NCBI GenBank assembly: GCA_942493095.1
Contig: OW818675.1
Coordinates: 3,167,951-3,199,950, forward strand
Length of the DNA stretch: 32,000 nt
Direction: 5' to 3'
Source: Candidatus Electronema halotolerans
GTDB taxonomy: Bacteria > Desulfobacterota > Desulfobulbia > Desulfobulbales > Desulfobulbaceae
Below are positions 1 through 9,081 of this stretch, one piece after another. The translations under genes and the position numbers were made by a program. Positions within the stretch are counted from its first letter, which is position 1. The number at the start of each line of letters is the position of its first letter. The notes below the pieces were generated by a model that did not search any database, was not told where the DNA came from, and saw only the letters and a program-made list of their open reading frames with translations.

Positions 1-2
1 AC

Positions 3-215
3 ACAATCAACGAGCTTCCCTCCGGTTCGTATAAAATTCTCTTTTACGACCAAAATGGCGATGCTGGCCAATGGTACAACCGCAAGGCTGAGGCTGTCTG
101 CGCCGATGCAGTTTCAGAAACAGCATCTGGCATTGATGCCGCCTTCCCGGTTTCGCTTCGGCAGTGCGGCGACAGACCGACGATTCTGCCTGCAATCAAG
201 CTGCTGCTGAACTGA
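3..215 (+). CDS. C-terminal end of a surface or repeat-type protein (truncated by window edge)
   Basis: Open frame from base 3 to TGA 213-215, reading TINELPSGSYKILFYDQNGDAGQWYNRKAEAVCADAVSE..., similar in style to the 'LPSGxYKvxFYD...QWY' repeats of exported proteins. No start is in the window, so it is absent from the ORF track. Confidence 0.5.
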   Translation, partial: TINELPSGSYKILFYDQNGDAGQWYNRKAEAVCADAVSETASGIDAAFPVSLRQCGDRPTILPAIKLLLN

Positions 216-282
216 AGGTCTCGCTTCCTGAGCGAAGCCGAAGAGGTGTCGGCTCCGCTCAACCACCTGACTCAGTGTCAGC

Positions 283-981
283 TCACTCCTCGTAAATGGC
301 CAGATTGGTGTTGAATTCCAGCCGCTCCAGCTCCCCGTCCTGGGTCACAGCTCTGGCGATTATTTCCCCAAAGCGGCGGGCCTCATTGAGTTGCTGGCGG
401 GTGTGGCCATATTTCGGATAATGCTCTTTCATCCACGACATCCGCTCTGGCGTTTCTCCGGCCAGCTTGAGAAATACACCGATAGTCCGCCACGGCTCCT
501 TGCTGGTGTGGGTGAAAATGATGCCGTTTGGCACCCGTGCGCCCAGATTTTTCAGCAGTGACTTGATGCCCCACCAGTGCAGGCGCCAGAAGCCCCGGCA
601 GGAGATGACCGGAATCACGTTCTGCTGGGCGAAAAGCCGCTGGCCGTCCCGATCCAGCAGGGAAAGCACCGGGCCGCTGGGATTGTAGGACCACGTCGGC
701 CCGGCGAGAATGATCAGATCATACGGCTCAAAGCAGTGTTCCGGCAGCGGCTCAATTGGGATGCGCTGCCGGAACAGGGTGACGATCATCTTTTTGAACG
801 TCTTGGGAATGGTGCCAATGGGAAAATGCTGGGGAATGGCCGGAACCAAGTACTCGCAGACCACCTCAGCCTCATACTCGGCCATGCCGTCCAGCAGGGC
901 GTGGACAAGATTTTTGGTCTGGGAGCTGAAGGAATAATAGAGAACAAGAATACGCTTCTGCTGCGCCGTGCTGCCGCTCAT
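283..981 (-). CDS. Flavodoxin-like / NAD(P)H-dependent oxidoreductase family protein
   Basis: 232 aa. N-terminal KRILVLYYSFSSQTKNLVHALLDGM (flavodoxin-type FMN phosphate loop) and LIILAGPTWSYNPSGPVLSLL. Confidence 0.75.
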   Translation of the reverse strand: MSGSTAQQKRILVLYYSFSSQTKNLVHALLDGMAEYEAEVVCEYLVPAIPQHFPIGTIPKTFKKMIVTLFRQRIPIEPLPEHCFEPYDLIILAGPTWSYNPSGPVLSLLDRDGQRLFAQQNVIPVISCRGFWRLHWWGIKSLLKNLGARVPNGIIFTHTSKEPWRTIGVFLKLAGETPERMSWMKEHYPKYGHTRQQLNEARRFGEIIARAVTQDGELERLEFNTNLAIYEE

Positions 982-1067
982 GGGATACCTTTGCTTGATT
1001 AAAGCAGATGAAATTGATCATTTTTATTGATAAGCAAAGGAAAGATATTTTACCACAGAATTGGAAA

Positions 1068-1102
1068 GAAAAAAAGCCTCCTGATCAAAATGATCAGGAG
1101 GC
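1068..1102 (-). terminator. Intrinsic (rho-independent) terminator of the dsrMKJ operon
   Basis: Perfect 12-bp inverted repeat GCCTCCTGATCA(1076-1087)-AAA-TGATCAGGAGGC(1091-1102). The adjoining A tract on + becomes a T tract on the minus-strand transcript, 37 nt past the dsrJ stop. Confidence 0.88.
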
Positions 1103-1138
1103 CGGGAAGATCATCGCTTCCTGCGGAAGACCGTCCCG

Positions 1139-1552
1139 CTACTTCTTGTGGTGACAAGTCCAGCAGTCCGGGATCGTCACTGCTGCATGAGCATGACAGC
1201 TATCGCAGAACTGCTCCTTAGTGCCGTGGCAAGTCAGACAGCTCATAGTCGGCTTCTGTCCGGCCTTGGCAGGATCGTAACCTTGGGCGGTAACATGAAT
1301 ATCCTTGATCATATCCATGTGTTTCGCACGCATTTCTTCAGTAGTAAGGGCATGTTGTGCTCCATTTGGAAAACTTTTCATACCCATGCTTTGAAGCATA
1401 TTATCAAAAGCCTTGTGGCTTTCGGCTATCTTATTGTTTGTAGCTGGCGGCACTGCACCAGCATCGCCAATAAGATTGTTGTACCAAAAGGGAAACGTGA
1501 TCAGCAGAACGAAGATCAACAGTCCCGGTATGATTTTGCCGCTGTCGTACAT
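1139..1552 (-). CDS. dsrJ: DsrJ, sulfite-reduction-associated multiheme c-type cytochrome
   Basis: 137 aa with an N-terminal membrane anchor and three CXXCH motifs (CLTCH, CDSCH, CWTCH). Directly follows dsrK. Confidence 0.9.
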   Translation of the reverse strand: MYDSGKIIPGLLIFVLLITFPFWYNNLIGDAGAVPPATNNKIAESHKAFDNMLQSMGMKSFPNGAQHALTTEEMRAKHMDMIKDIHVTAQGYDPAKAGQKPTMSCLTCHGTKEQFCDSCHAHAAVTIPDCWTCHHKK

Positions 1553-1570
1553 ATTATCCTCCGTTCTTGC

Positions 1571-3202
1571 TTAGACCAGCGTCCGCAGACCCTCGGTCAG
1601 TTCCTGTCTGTTTTCGCCTTCAATAACCAGCGCATTGCCAACCAGCTCGCTCACGCCTGCCACCTGCACTTGCGGGACCCAGTATTCCATCAGAGTGGTC
1701 AGGGTGGCCCGGTCAATGGCGCAGACGCAGGCCAAGGTGTTGATGGCATGCTGGTCATAGACATGCTTGACCGCATTGGCGCGGGGCAGGCCGGAGCGCA
1801 TCCGCAGCTCCATGATCTCCTCGGTGTTCAGGGCCGTGCCGGAACCGCAGCAGAAGGTTTTCTCGCGGATGGTGTTTTCCGGCATCTCGTGCCATTCGTC
1901 GAGCACGTTGTCCAAGATGTAGCGCGGCTCCTCCAGCAGGCCCATCGCTCTGGCCGGGTTGCAGGAGTCATGGAAGGTGGCCTTGACATGCGCATTGCGG
2001 CTCTTGTCCAGCTTGATCTTGCCGTGCTTGATCAGGTCGGCAGTGAACTCGCTGATATGGACCATCTTGGTTGAGGCGGCATTGTCAAAGACGGTGCCGG
2101 TCAGCGGCGACTTGGGCACTTCAAGGAAGTCTGCCGGGCCGTTCATGGTGTCCATATACTGATGAATGACGCGCCACATGTGGCCGCACTCGCCGCCAAG
2201 AATCCACTTCACGCCCAGCCGCTTGGCCTCAGCATACATCTTGGCGTTCAGCTTCTTCATCATCTCGTTGGAGGTGAAGAGGCCAAAGTTGCCGCCCTCA
2301 GAGGCGTAGGTTGACCATGTGTAATCCAAGCCGATGGCTTCAAAAAGCAGGAGATAGCCCATGCAGGTGAAAATGCCCGGCTCGGCAAACACATCTGCGG
2401 ACGGGGTGATGAACAGCACTTCCGCGCCCTTGCGGTTGAAGCTGGGATTGACCTTGACTCCGGTCAGATTCTCGATGTCCTCGCAGAGAAATTCAACATT
2501 GCCCTTGAAGGCCTGCGGGGTCAGTCCCATGTGGTTGCCAGTCCGGTTCGAGTTGGCAACCGGCTCCATAGCCCAGTTGATGCCGCAGCCGACCAAATGG
2601 AGCAGCTCGCGCAGCATCATGGTGATCTCGGCAGTGTCAATGCCGTAAGGGCAGAAAACTGAGCAACGGCGGCACTCTGTGCATTGATAGGCGTACATGA
2701 ACCACTCTTTCAGCACGCCAACGGTCATCTCGCGCCCGCCCGCCATTTTGCCGAGCAGCTTGCCTGCCAAGGTGAATTCTTGGCGATAGACCGAGCGCAG
2801 CAGCTCGGCCCGCAGCACCGGCATGTTCTTGGGGTCGCCCGTGCCAAGAAAGAAATGGCATTTGTCCGCGCAGGCGCCGCAGCGGACGCAGCAGTCCATG
2901 AAAATCTTCAGAGAACGGAAGCGGTCAAGGCGGTCTGCCAGCCCCTTGATGATAATCTCCTTCCAGTTCTCCGGCAGCTTCCAGTCTTCATCTTCTGGAT
3001 TCCAAGCGCGGGCGTTGGGAAAGCTCACACCCTGCTGGCTGTTGAGATATTCCAGTTTTTCCGGCTTGGTTGGATAGGCATAGTTGCCCGGCTTGAACAC
3101 TGCCGGGATGTCCATCCACTCTTTTTCCGGCATTGAGCCGGTCATCAGCGTCGGCTCTTCGACCACGCTCTTTGCCAGCTCATCCTTTTTTATGACGGCC
3201 AT
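1571..3202 (-). CDS. dsrK: DsrK, HdrD-like iron-sulfur subunit of the sulfite-reduction-associated complex
   Basis: 543 aa. Ferredoxin-like Cys clusters CCVRCGACADKCHFF and CTECRRCSVFCPYGID, plus Cys-rich CCF/GC-type motifs (HDSCNPARA, TFCCGSGTALNTEE, CVCAIDRATL). Confidence 0.93.
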   Translation of the reverse strand: MAVIKKDELAKSVVEEPTLMTGSMPEKEWMDIPAVFKPGNYAYPTKPEKLEYLNSQQGVSFPNARAWNPEDEDWKLPENWKEIIIKGLADRLDRFRSLKIFMDCCVRCGACADKCHFFLGTGDPKNMPVLRAELLRSVYRQEFTLAGKLLGKMAGGREMTVGVLKEWFMYAYQCTECRRCSVFCPYGIDTAEITMMLRELLHLVGCGINWAMEPVANSNRTGNHMGLTPQAFKGNVEFLCEDIENLTGVKVNPSFNRKGAEVLFITPSADVFAEPGIFTCMGYLLLFEAIGLDYTWSTYASEGGNFGLFTSNEMMKKLNAKMYAEAKRLGVKWILGGECGHMWRVIHQYMDTMNGPADFLEVPKSPLTGTVFDNAASTKMVHISEFTADLIKHGKIKLDKSRNAHVKATFHDSCNPARAMGLLEEPRYILDNVLDEWHEMPENTIREKTFCCGSGTALNTEEIMELRMRSGLPRANAVKHVYDQHAINTLACVCAIDRATLTTLMEYWVPQVQVAGVSELVGNALVIEGENRQELTEGLRTLV

Positions 3203-3225
3203 TGTGATTATTCCTTATGCACCTG

Positions 3226-4251
3226 TTATTCGTCAGCCTTTTCAGGCAGTTCCTTTTCCACCGGGATGCCCTGCTCAACCATGTCCGCCCGGAATTCGTC
3301 CTCGTAACCAGCATAAGAATGGGGCTTGATGTCCGGGTTCCACGGATTGATGTGCCGCCGCATCCTGCTGTCATTGGCCAAGTTGCGGGTCGGACTGAGA
3401 AAAACCCCGCCCATGTGCATCAACTTGGAAAAGGGGAAGTAGGCCAGCAGGCAGGAAACTAAGAAGAGATGTATGTAGAATATCGAGGCAATCTCAGCAG
3501 GGACAACCGGCTTGAAGGTGGTCAGGCCGACCGCCAAGTTCTTAATGGCAATGATATCAACACCGCTACGCAGGAAGTAGCGCATCAGGATGCCGGTAAG
3601 GGCAATGCCGATCAGGAGGAAAAGCGGGAAATAGTCGTTGGCCAAGGAGATGTAATTCACCGGTTTGATCAGGAAACGGCGGAGCAGCAGAGCCAGCAGG
3701 CCGATGAGGATCAGCGCGTCCGTGACATAAATGGACAGCTCCGGGGTCAGATGGAGGGAAAATCCGTCCAAGGCATCCAGCCCGCTGATCAGGAAGGGCA
3801 CCGGCTCCACAAAGAGGCGCAGATGACGGAGCAGGATGATCAACATGCTGTAATGGAAGAGAATGCCGAAAAGCCAGAGCCATCTGGTCGCCTTGTAGCT
3901 CAGAACCGGGCCAGGCTTGATGCTGGCCTTGGTGTTGCGCCAGAGGGAGCGGAAGAGGAAAATCTCCATGAACATCCGGCCCAGCACTTCACCGGTGCTC
4001 AACGGCGCTTCCAGCTTGTCCCGCTTCACCCACGGCATGGAATAGCCCTGCCCGCAGGTGGTCGGGATTCTGAACGGCACTGGCGATCTGGCCCAATAGA
4101 GGACCCGCCAGCAGAAGCCGCCGATAAAGAGAAGCAGGGCCGCGTAGGGCACCACAACACCGAACAGGTATTGCAGGCCGGGGATCACGGACCCTATCCA
4201 TGCAATCACCGCCAAGACGATGACCGCAGCCAAGGGGAAGATGTACTTCAT
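3226..4251 (-). CDS. dsrM: DsrM, respiratory nitrate reductase gamma-like membrane cytochrome b
   Basis: 341 aa with multiple TM segments and internal histidines (FGILFHYSMLIILLRHLRLF, HLFLVSCLLAYFPFSKLMHMGGVFLSPTRN). Upstream of dsrK. Confidence 0.92.
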   Translation of the reverse strand: MKYIFPLAAVIVLAVIAWIGSVIPGLQYLFGVVVPYAALLLFIGGFCWRVLYWARSPVPFRIPTTCGQGYSMPWVKRDKLEAPLSTGEVLGRMFMEIFLFRSLWRNTKASIKPGPVLSYKATRWLWLFGILFHYSMLIILLRHLRLFVEPVPFLISGLDALDGFSLHLTPELSIYVTDALILIGLLALLLRRFLIKPVNYISLANDYFPLFLLIGIALTGILMRYFLRSGVDIIAIKNLAVGLTTFKPVVPAEIASIFYIHLFLVSCLLAYFPFSKLMHMGGVFLSPTRNLANDSRMRRHINPWNPDIKPHSYAGYEDEFRADMVEQGIPVEKELPEKADE

Positions 4252-4301
4252 TGATCGCTCCCTTTTTTCAGATTGAAAAGGATAGAATATCTAAAGCATA
4301 T

Positions 4302-4865
4302 CTATGCTTTGTCCACTGGGCAATGCCTGTCTGGCGCGACCGTTTCCCGCAGGTTGTCCCGAATCAGGGCCGAGGCGCAGGATGCGTCTGTCAAAATATA
4401 GCTGCCGCTTTTCAGCTCCCGGATTCTCGCCTTATGGAGCCGATCCCGGCAATCCATGTAGATGTCAAAGGCTTGCAAAATCATCTTATCGACCGCGCAG
4501 GCAAAAGGCAGCAGCTCGGCCTCGGCAAGCAGTTCCCGGCAGTCTTCATCAGCGGAGAACACCTGCCGCACTGCTGTTTTCAGCTCCAGCAGCGGCCCGA
4601 CCGCCTGCGACGGCGTGAACTCCTGCACCGCCCGGATGCGGATGATTTGGTCGAGCGGTGCAGCAAAGGCCTGCGCATCGGCTCCGGCCACAAGCAGCTG
4701 GAACAGCTTGGTCAGCCCTTCCCGAATATTGCCGCCAACCGGATTGGCGAACCGGTCGAGCGACTTTTTGAAAAAGTCAGAGGAAATGTAGGTGTCCAGC
4801 ACCCGCTCTGTCCATAAGGCGAGGATTTTCGCCTCGTTATGCCGCAATGCCTCTGTTGTGTTCAT
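4302..4865 (-). CDS. RsbRD N-terminal domain protein adjacent to dsrM
   Basis: 187 aa: HNEAKILALWTERVLDTYISSDFFKKSLDRFANPVGGNIREGLTKLFQLLVAG. Typical RsbRD N-terminal style and a known neighbour of dsrM in sulfate reducers. Confidence 0.75.
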   Translation of the reverse strand: MNTTEALRHNEAKILALWTERVLDTYISSDFFKKSLDRFANPVGGNIREGLTKLFQLLVAGADAQAFAAPLDQIIRIRAVQEFTPSQAVGPLLELKTAVRQVFSADEDCRELLAEAELLPFACAVDKMILQAFDIYMDCRDRLHKARIRELKSGSYILTDASCASALIRDNLRETVAPDRHCPVDKA

Positions 4866-4917
4866 TATAGTGAAGTCCTTGCTCTATCATGATTGACCGC
4901 TGATTGCAAGCAAAATG

Positions 4918-7050
4918 TCATTTTTTGCTCCGAGCGGCTGCCTGCGCCACAGCAGCGGAACTGTCCATAAGATGGAGGGATAAATCGGCATACGGATCAT
5001 CAGCCAGCTCCTCGTCCAGACTTTTTTTCTCAATGCCTGGCTCATCATCCGCCTCCTCATCAACACCGCCGATTTTCTCAGCCTCTTTCAGCTCCTTCCG
5101 CTCCTGCAGCACCCCAGCCAAATACACCGGCACCATGCTGTCCTCTTTGCGCGCTTTGGCCCGCAGGCTTTCTGTCTGTATTTTTTGGAATTTTTTGCTG
5201 GCCGCCAAGTAGCTGGCACTTTTCAGCCGGGCTTCGTTCGAATCGAGCCTGGCTCCGTGCCAAGGCTTGTATTTGACCGGGGCCACCTGGTCCCAAGGCA
5301 GGGAGTTGTCCAAATACTGCTCGCCAGTCTCCAAATAATCCAGAATACTTGGCAGCACCACATCCGGGATGATGCCCTTGTACTGGGTGGAGCTGCCCGT
5401 GATTCGGTAAAATTTCTGAATCGTGATCTTGAGCGCGCCGAGATCGTCGTATTTCCTTCTGAAGAGCAGAGGCAGGTTGCGGTTCAGATCAACCAGCGTC
5501 TGCACCGTGCCCTTGCCGTGCGTGTGCGCTCCGCCGACAATCAGCGCTCTGCCATAGTCTTGCAGGGCGCCGGCCAGAATTTCTGAAGCTGAGGCGGCAA
5601 ACTGATTGACCAGCACCAGCATCGGGCCGTCATAGACAAGCCCGTTGTCCTCATCCTCCAGCACCAGCATCTGGCCTTCCGAATTTTTGATCTGCACCAC
5701 TGGTCCGCCAGGCAGGAACAGGCCGGAGACCTCGACCGCATCAGCCAAGGAGCCGCCGCCATTGTTGCGCAGGTCAAGGATCAGTCCGGCAATGCCCTTC
5801 TTTTTCAACTTGCGCAGCTCGCTGCGGGTGTCATCCGTGACATTGCGGGACGCATCACCGTGCTGTCCTCCTGAAAAATCCCGATAAAAGGTCGGAATCT
5901 TCAGATAGCCTATTTTGTGTCCCTTGTCGTCCTTCAATACTGTTGATTTGACGAAGGTTTCCTCCAGCTTGACCACATCCCGGATGATGGGGATCACCAA
6001 GCGGCTGCCGTCAGACTGAACAACCGTCAGGCGCACCTCAGTGCCTTTGGGGCCGCGAATATAGGCAACCGCCTCCCTGATGCTCATTGAGGAAATATCG
6101 ACTGGCTCGCCGTCCTTTTCCGCCACTGCCAAGATAATATCCTCAGCTTGGAGCTGGCCCTGCGCCGCTGCCGGACTGCCGGGAATAATGTTCACCACTT
6201 TGATATGGCCGTCATCCTCCCGCAGCAAGGCGCCAATGCCTTCGAGCGAGCCGCTCATGTGGATGTCAAAATCCTCTTTGGACTCAGGGGCCATGTAGTC
6301 GGTATGCGGATCAAAGGACTTGGCAATGGCCTCGAAATAGCGGTTGCAATGCTCCTGGCGGCTGATTTTCCGCAGTCTGCTCAGATACTGATCATTTTTT
6401 TTCCGCACCTTTTCCAGGGCTGCTTTCCACAGCTTCTGATCAACTGTGATGCGTTCTTCAGCAGGCGGAGTCAGCTTTTTTTCCGACTTTTTGGCAGCAT
6501 CTTTTTTCTGTTCGTTGTCACGCTCCTCAAGATAGGTTTCAATGGTCTCCAGCTTGAGGGAAAGCCGCCAGCGTTCACGCAGCTCTTCCTTGCTGGCCGC
6601 CCAAGTGATTTTATCAGGATCACTCTGGAGCGACTCCTCCCGATTGGGATCAAAACCAGCCGCCAGTATCTCCTTGATCATTTTGCCGACCTCCTTGGCC
6701 CGCCGGTTGAGCAGGCCCCGGCCCGCATCAGGCAGGAGAAGATGGCCCTCTTTAACTTCATCGTCGATTTTGTCGCCAAATTCATTGAGCTGCTGCACAT
6801 CGGAAGCAAGCAGGAACTGTTTGCGCGGATCAAGCTGTTTGAGGTACAGATCATAGGCCGCCCGTGACATCCGGTCATTGCAGGTCTTATGAGAGAAATG
6901 CTGGGCAGGCAGCTGATGGCAGAGCATGGAGGCGATCAGACGGTTCCGGTCCGCATCAAATTCTGGAGGCGGGGCCGTTTTGCTGTGCGCGAACGAGCTG
7001 ATGAGCAGGGAAAGCAGAAATCCGCTGATAAGGAAACGATGCAGCCGCAT
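4918..7050 (-). CDS. prc: Tail-specific (C-terminal processing) S41 family protease
   Basis: ORF to 7140; the most likely start is at 7050 (MRLHRFLISGFLLSLLISSFAHS signal peptide). PDZ region GIGALLREDDGHIKVVNIIPGSPAAAQGQLQAEDIILAV, catalytic-region LVNQFAASASEILAGALQDYGRALIVGGAHTHGKGTVQ. Confidence 0.9.
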   Translation of the reverse strand: MRLHRFLISGFLLSLLISSFAHSKTAPPPEFDADRNRLIASMLCHQLPAQHFSHKTCNDRMSRAAYDLYLKQLDPRKQFLLASDVQQLNEFGDKIDDEVKEGHLLLPDAGRGLLNRRAKEVGKMIKEILAAGFDPNREESLQSDPDKITWAASKEELRERWRLSLKLETIETYLEERDNEQKKDAAKKSEKKLTPPAEERITVDQKLWKAALEKVRKKNDQYLSRLRKISRQEHCNRYFEAIAKSFDPHTDYMAPESKEDFDIHMSGSLEGIGALLREDDGHIKVVNIIPGSPAAAQGQLQAEDIILAVAEKDGEPVDISSMSIREAVAYIRGPKGTEVRLTVVQSDGSRLVIPIIRDVVKLEETFVKSTVLKDDKGHKIGYLKIPTFYRDFSGGQHGDASRNVTDDTRSELRKLKKKGIAGLILDLRNNGGGSLADAVEVSGLFLPGGPVVQIKNSEGQMLVLEDEDNGLVYDGPMLVLVNQFAASASEILAGALQDYGRALIVGGAHTHGKGTVQTLVDLNRNLPLLFRRKYDDLGALKITIQKFYRITGSSTQYKGIIPDVVLPSILDYLETGEQYLDNSLPWDQVAPVKYKPWHGARLDSNEARLKSASYLAASKKFQKIQTESLRAKARKEDSMVPVYLAGVLQERKELKEAEKIGGVDEEADDEPGIEKKSLDEELADDPYADLSLHLMDSSAAVAQAAARSKK

Positions 7051-7403
7051 AAGACAGGACTCCAGAATAAATGCGGACAGACCGGGTAAAAATGGTCTGC
7101 CGGAACGGGATTGCAGGAAAAACAGGCCAGACTGAGTCATTCAATATGAATCGAGAAATAAGTTAAATACCATGCGTTGGCCCAAAAGTAAACAGGGAAA
7201 AGGGCAGAGATGCCTCAGCCGCGCTCTTCCGGCCTGACTGTGCTGTCAAGCGGCTTTTCTGCGCAGCAGGGCCGTTAGGTCAAAAAGCTGCTTGCGTCCC
7301 TTCCCGGCAAAATGGTAAACAAGACCGGAGCCTGCCTCAGTCTGTCGCCCCTGGCATTTTTTTGGCCAGACACGCACTTTTCATTTATCAGGAGAAACTT
7401 TTT

Positions 7404-8759
7404 ATGGCTGCTGTTGCCCCGTTCCGCGCCCTGCGCTACAACCCGGAAAAAATCACCCGGCTGGAAGATGTGATCACCCCGCCTTATGACATTATTTCTG
7501 CTGAGGACGGCGAAGAGCTGCGGCAGAAAAATCCCTATTCCATGATCAACCTTGACCTGCGCAACACCTCGCAGGATGAGACTGAGGATGATGGCCGCTA
7601 TCAGCAGGCCCGCGACCGCTTCATGTCGTGGGTGGAGGAGCAAGTTGTTGTCCGTGACCAACAGCCTGCCATTTACCTTTACGCCATTGATTATCAGCAT
7701 CCCAACGGCAAAATGCTGACCCGCAAGGGCATCGTCTGTCTGGTCGGGCTGGCTGAGTTCAGCGAGGGCATCGTCCGTCCGCACGAAAAAACCTTTGCCG
7801 GGGTGATCAGCGACCGGCTCAAGCTGCTGGAGACCTGCCAAGCTCAGTTCAGCAAGGTCTTTTCCATTTATGCCGATCCGCAGCAGGAGGTGATCCGCAC
7901 CTTGGAGCAGGCGCAGGAGAGCGCGCCCGTGCTGGAGGTCAAGGACAGCAACGCCAACAATCACAGCCTCTGGCGGGTCACGGACGCGGCGGCCATTGCC
8001 ACAGTGCGGCAGTTCTTTGCGAATAAGCCTGTTTATATTGCCGACGGCCATCACCGCTACACCACGGCCTTGGAGCTGCGCCGCCGCGCTTTGGCTGCTG
8101 ATCCTGATCTGCCTGCGGATGATCCGCGCAACTTCATGATGATGTATCTCTGCGGCTGCGAGGATCCGGGCCTGTCTGTCCTGCCCACCCACCGCCTTGT
8201 CCGCTGGCCCGGCACGATGAGCGCGGACCTGCTGGCTGACAAGCTGCGGACAGAGCTGACTGTCACCGAAGTCACGCAGAGCAGCCGGGAGAGCCTGATG
8301 GCTGAGACTTTCAACCGGATGGACGAGGCGGCAGCCAGCGGCCTGCCCGCCTTTGGGGTTTATCATGCCGGAGAGAACCGCGCCTTCCTGCTGACCTCGG
8401 CCAAGGAGACCCTTGCCAGCTTGGCCGACAAGCCGGAGGTGCTGCGCAGCTTGGATGTGGTGGTGCTGTCAGAGGTGCTGCTGGGCCGCTGTCTTGGCCT
8501 CAGCCATGAGCAGTGCGCCAAGGGCAGGCTGATCAGCTACTTGAGCGACCCGGATGAGGCCCTCGATGCGGCGGTCAAGGAGAGCGTCAATGACGGCCAT
8601 ACCCCACTGCTCTTCCTGCTCAATCCGACCAAAGTTGAGCAGGTGCTGCGGGTGGCGGACAGCGGCGAGATCATGCCCCACAAATCCACCTTCTTTTATC
8701 CAAAAATCCTCACTGGCCTGCTGATCAGGAAGCTGGATGAGGCCGTGCCGCTGCCATAG
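7404..8759 (+). CDS. DUF1015 family protein
   Basis: GGAGAA ribosome site at 7391, start MAAVAPFRALRYNPEKITRLEDVITPPYDIIS, internal YIADGHHRYTTALELRR. Confidence 0.85.
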   Translation: MAAVAPFRALRYNPEKITRLEDVITPPYDIISAEDGEELRQKNPYSMINLDLRNTSQDETEDDGRYQQARDRFMSWVEEQVVVRDQQPAIYLYAIDYQHPNGKMLTRKGIVCLVGLAEFSEGIVRPHEKTFAGVISDRLKLLETCQAQFSKVFSIYADPQQEVIRTLEQAQESAPVLEVKDSNANNHSLWRVTDAAAIATVRQFFANKPVYIADGHHRYTTALELRRRALAADPDLPADDPRNFMMMYLCGCEDPGLSVLPTHRLVRWPGTMSADLLADKLRTELTVTEVTQSSRESLMAETFNRMDEAAASGLPAFGVYHAGENRAFLLTSAKETLASLADKPEVLRSLDVVVLSEVLLGRCLGLSHEQCAKGRLISYLSDPDEALDAAVKESVNDGHTPLLFLLNPTKVEQVLRVADSGEIMPHKSTFFYPKILTGLLIRKLDEAVPLP

Positions 8760-8781
8760 CAGCTTCCTGCTGCGGGGCTGA

Positions 8782-8982
8782 CACGGCAATCGCCGCCAGG
8801 GAACCTCCCCTGATCTCATTGACAACTGCCCGTACATCTACAACCCGCAGCAGGAGGACAGCGACAAGGATCATATCGGCGATGTCTGCGACAACTGCCC
8901 GCTCGTCGCCAACATAAATCAGAAGGACAGCGACCGGGACGGCGTGGGCGATGCCTGCTGCGAGCTGCTGCTGAAACATTAG
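8782..8982 (+). pseudogene. Orphan thrombospondin type-3 repeat tail (gene remnant)
   Basis: Frame 8782-8982 (no ATG) reads ...[55 protein letters not shown]. It has two DNCPxxxNxxQxDSDxDxxGDxC units and no upstream body. Confidence 0.72.
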
Positions 8983-9022
8983 CAGTTGAGGCCAGCAGCC
9001 CGCCGTTGTGTCGCAAGGAAAC

Positions 9023-9061
9023 AAAAAAGGCACCTCCTTTCCAAGAGATGCCTTCCTTTTT
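9023..9061. terminator. Probable bidirectional terminator hairpin
   Basis: AAAAAAGGCACCTC...GAGATGCCTTCCTTTTT: 7 of 8 arm pairs flanked by A and T tracts, just past the 9082 stop of the minus-strand DUF4340 gene. Confidence 0.5.
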
Positions 9062-9081
9062 GCAATGTCGTTTGACCGTCC

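Noticed and set aside
3469-4254. 261-aa plus-strand ORF opposite dsrM
   Set aside because: Shadow ORF produced by high GC and codon bias of the real minus-strand dsrM; low-complexity Gln/Glu/Arg composition and no domain-like sequence.
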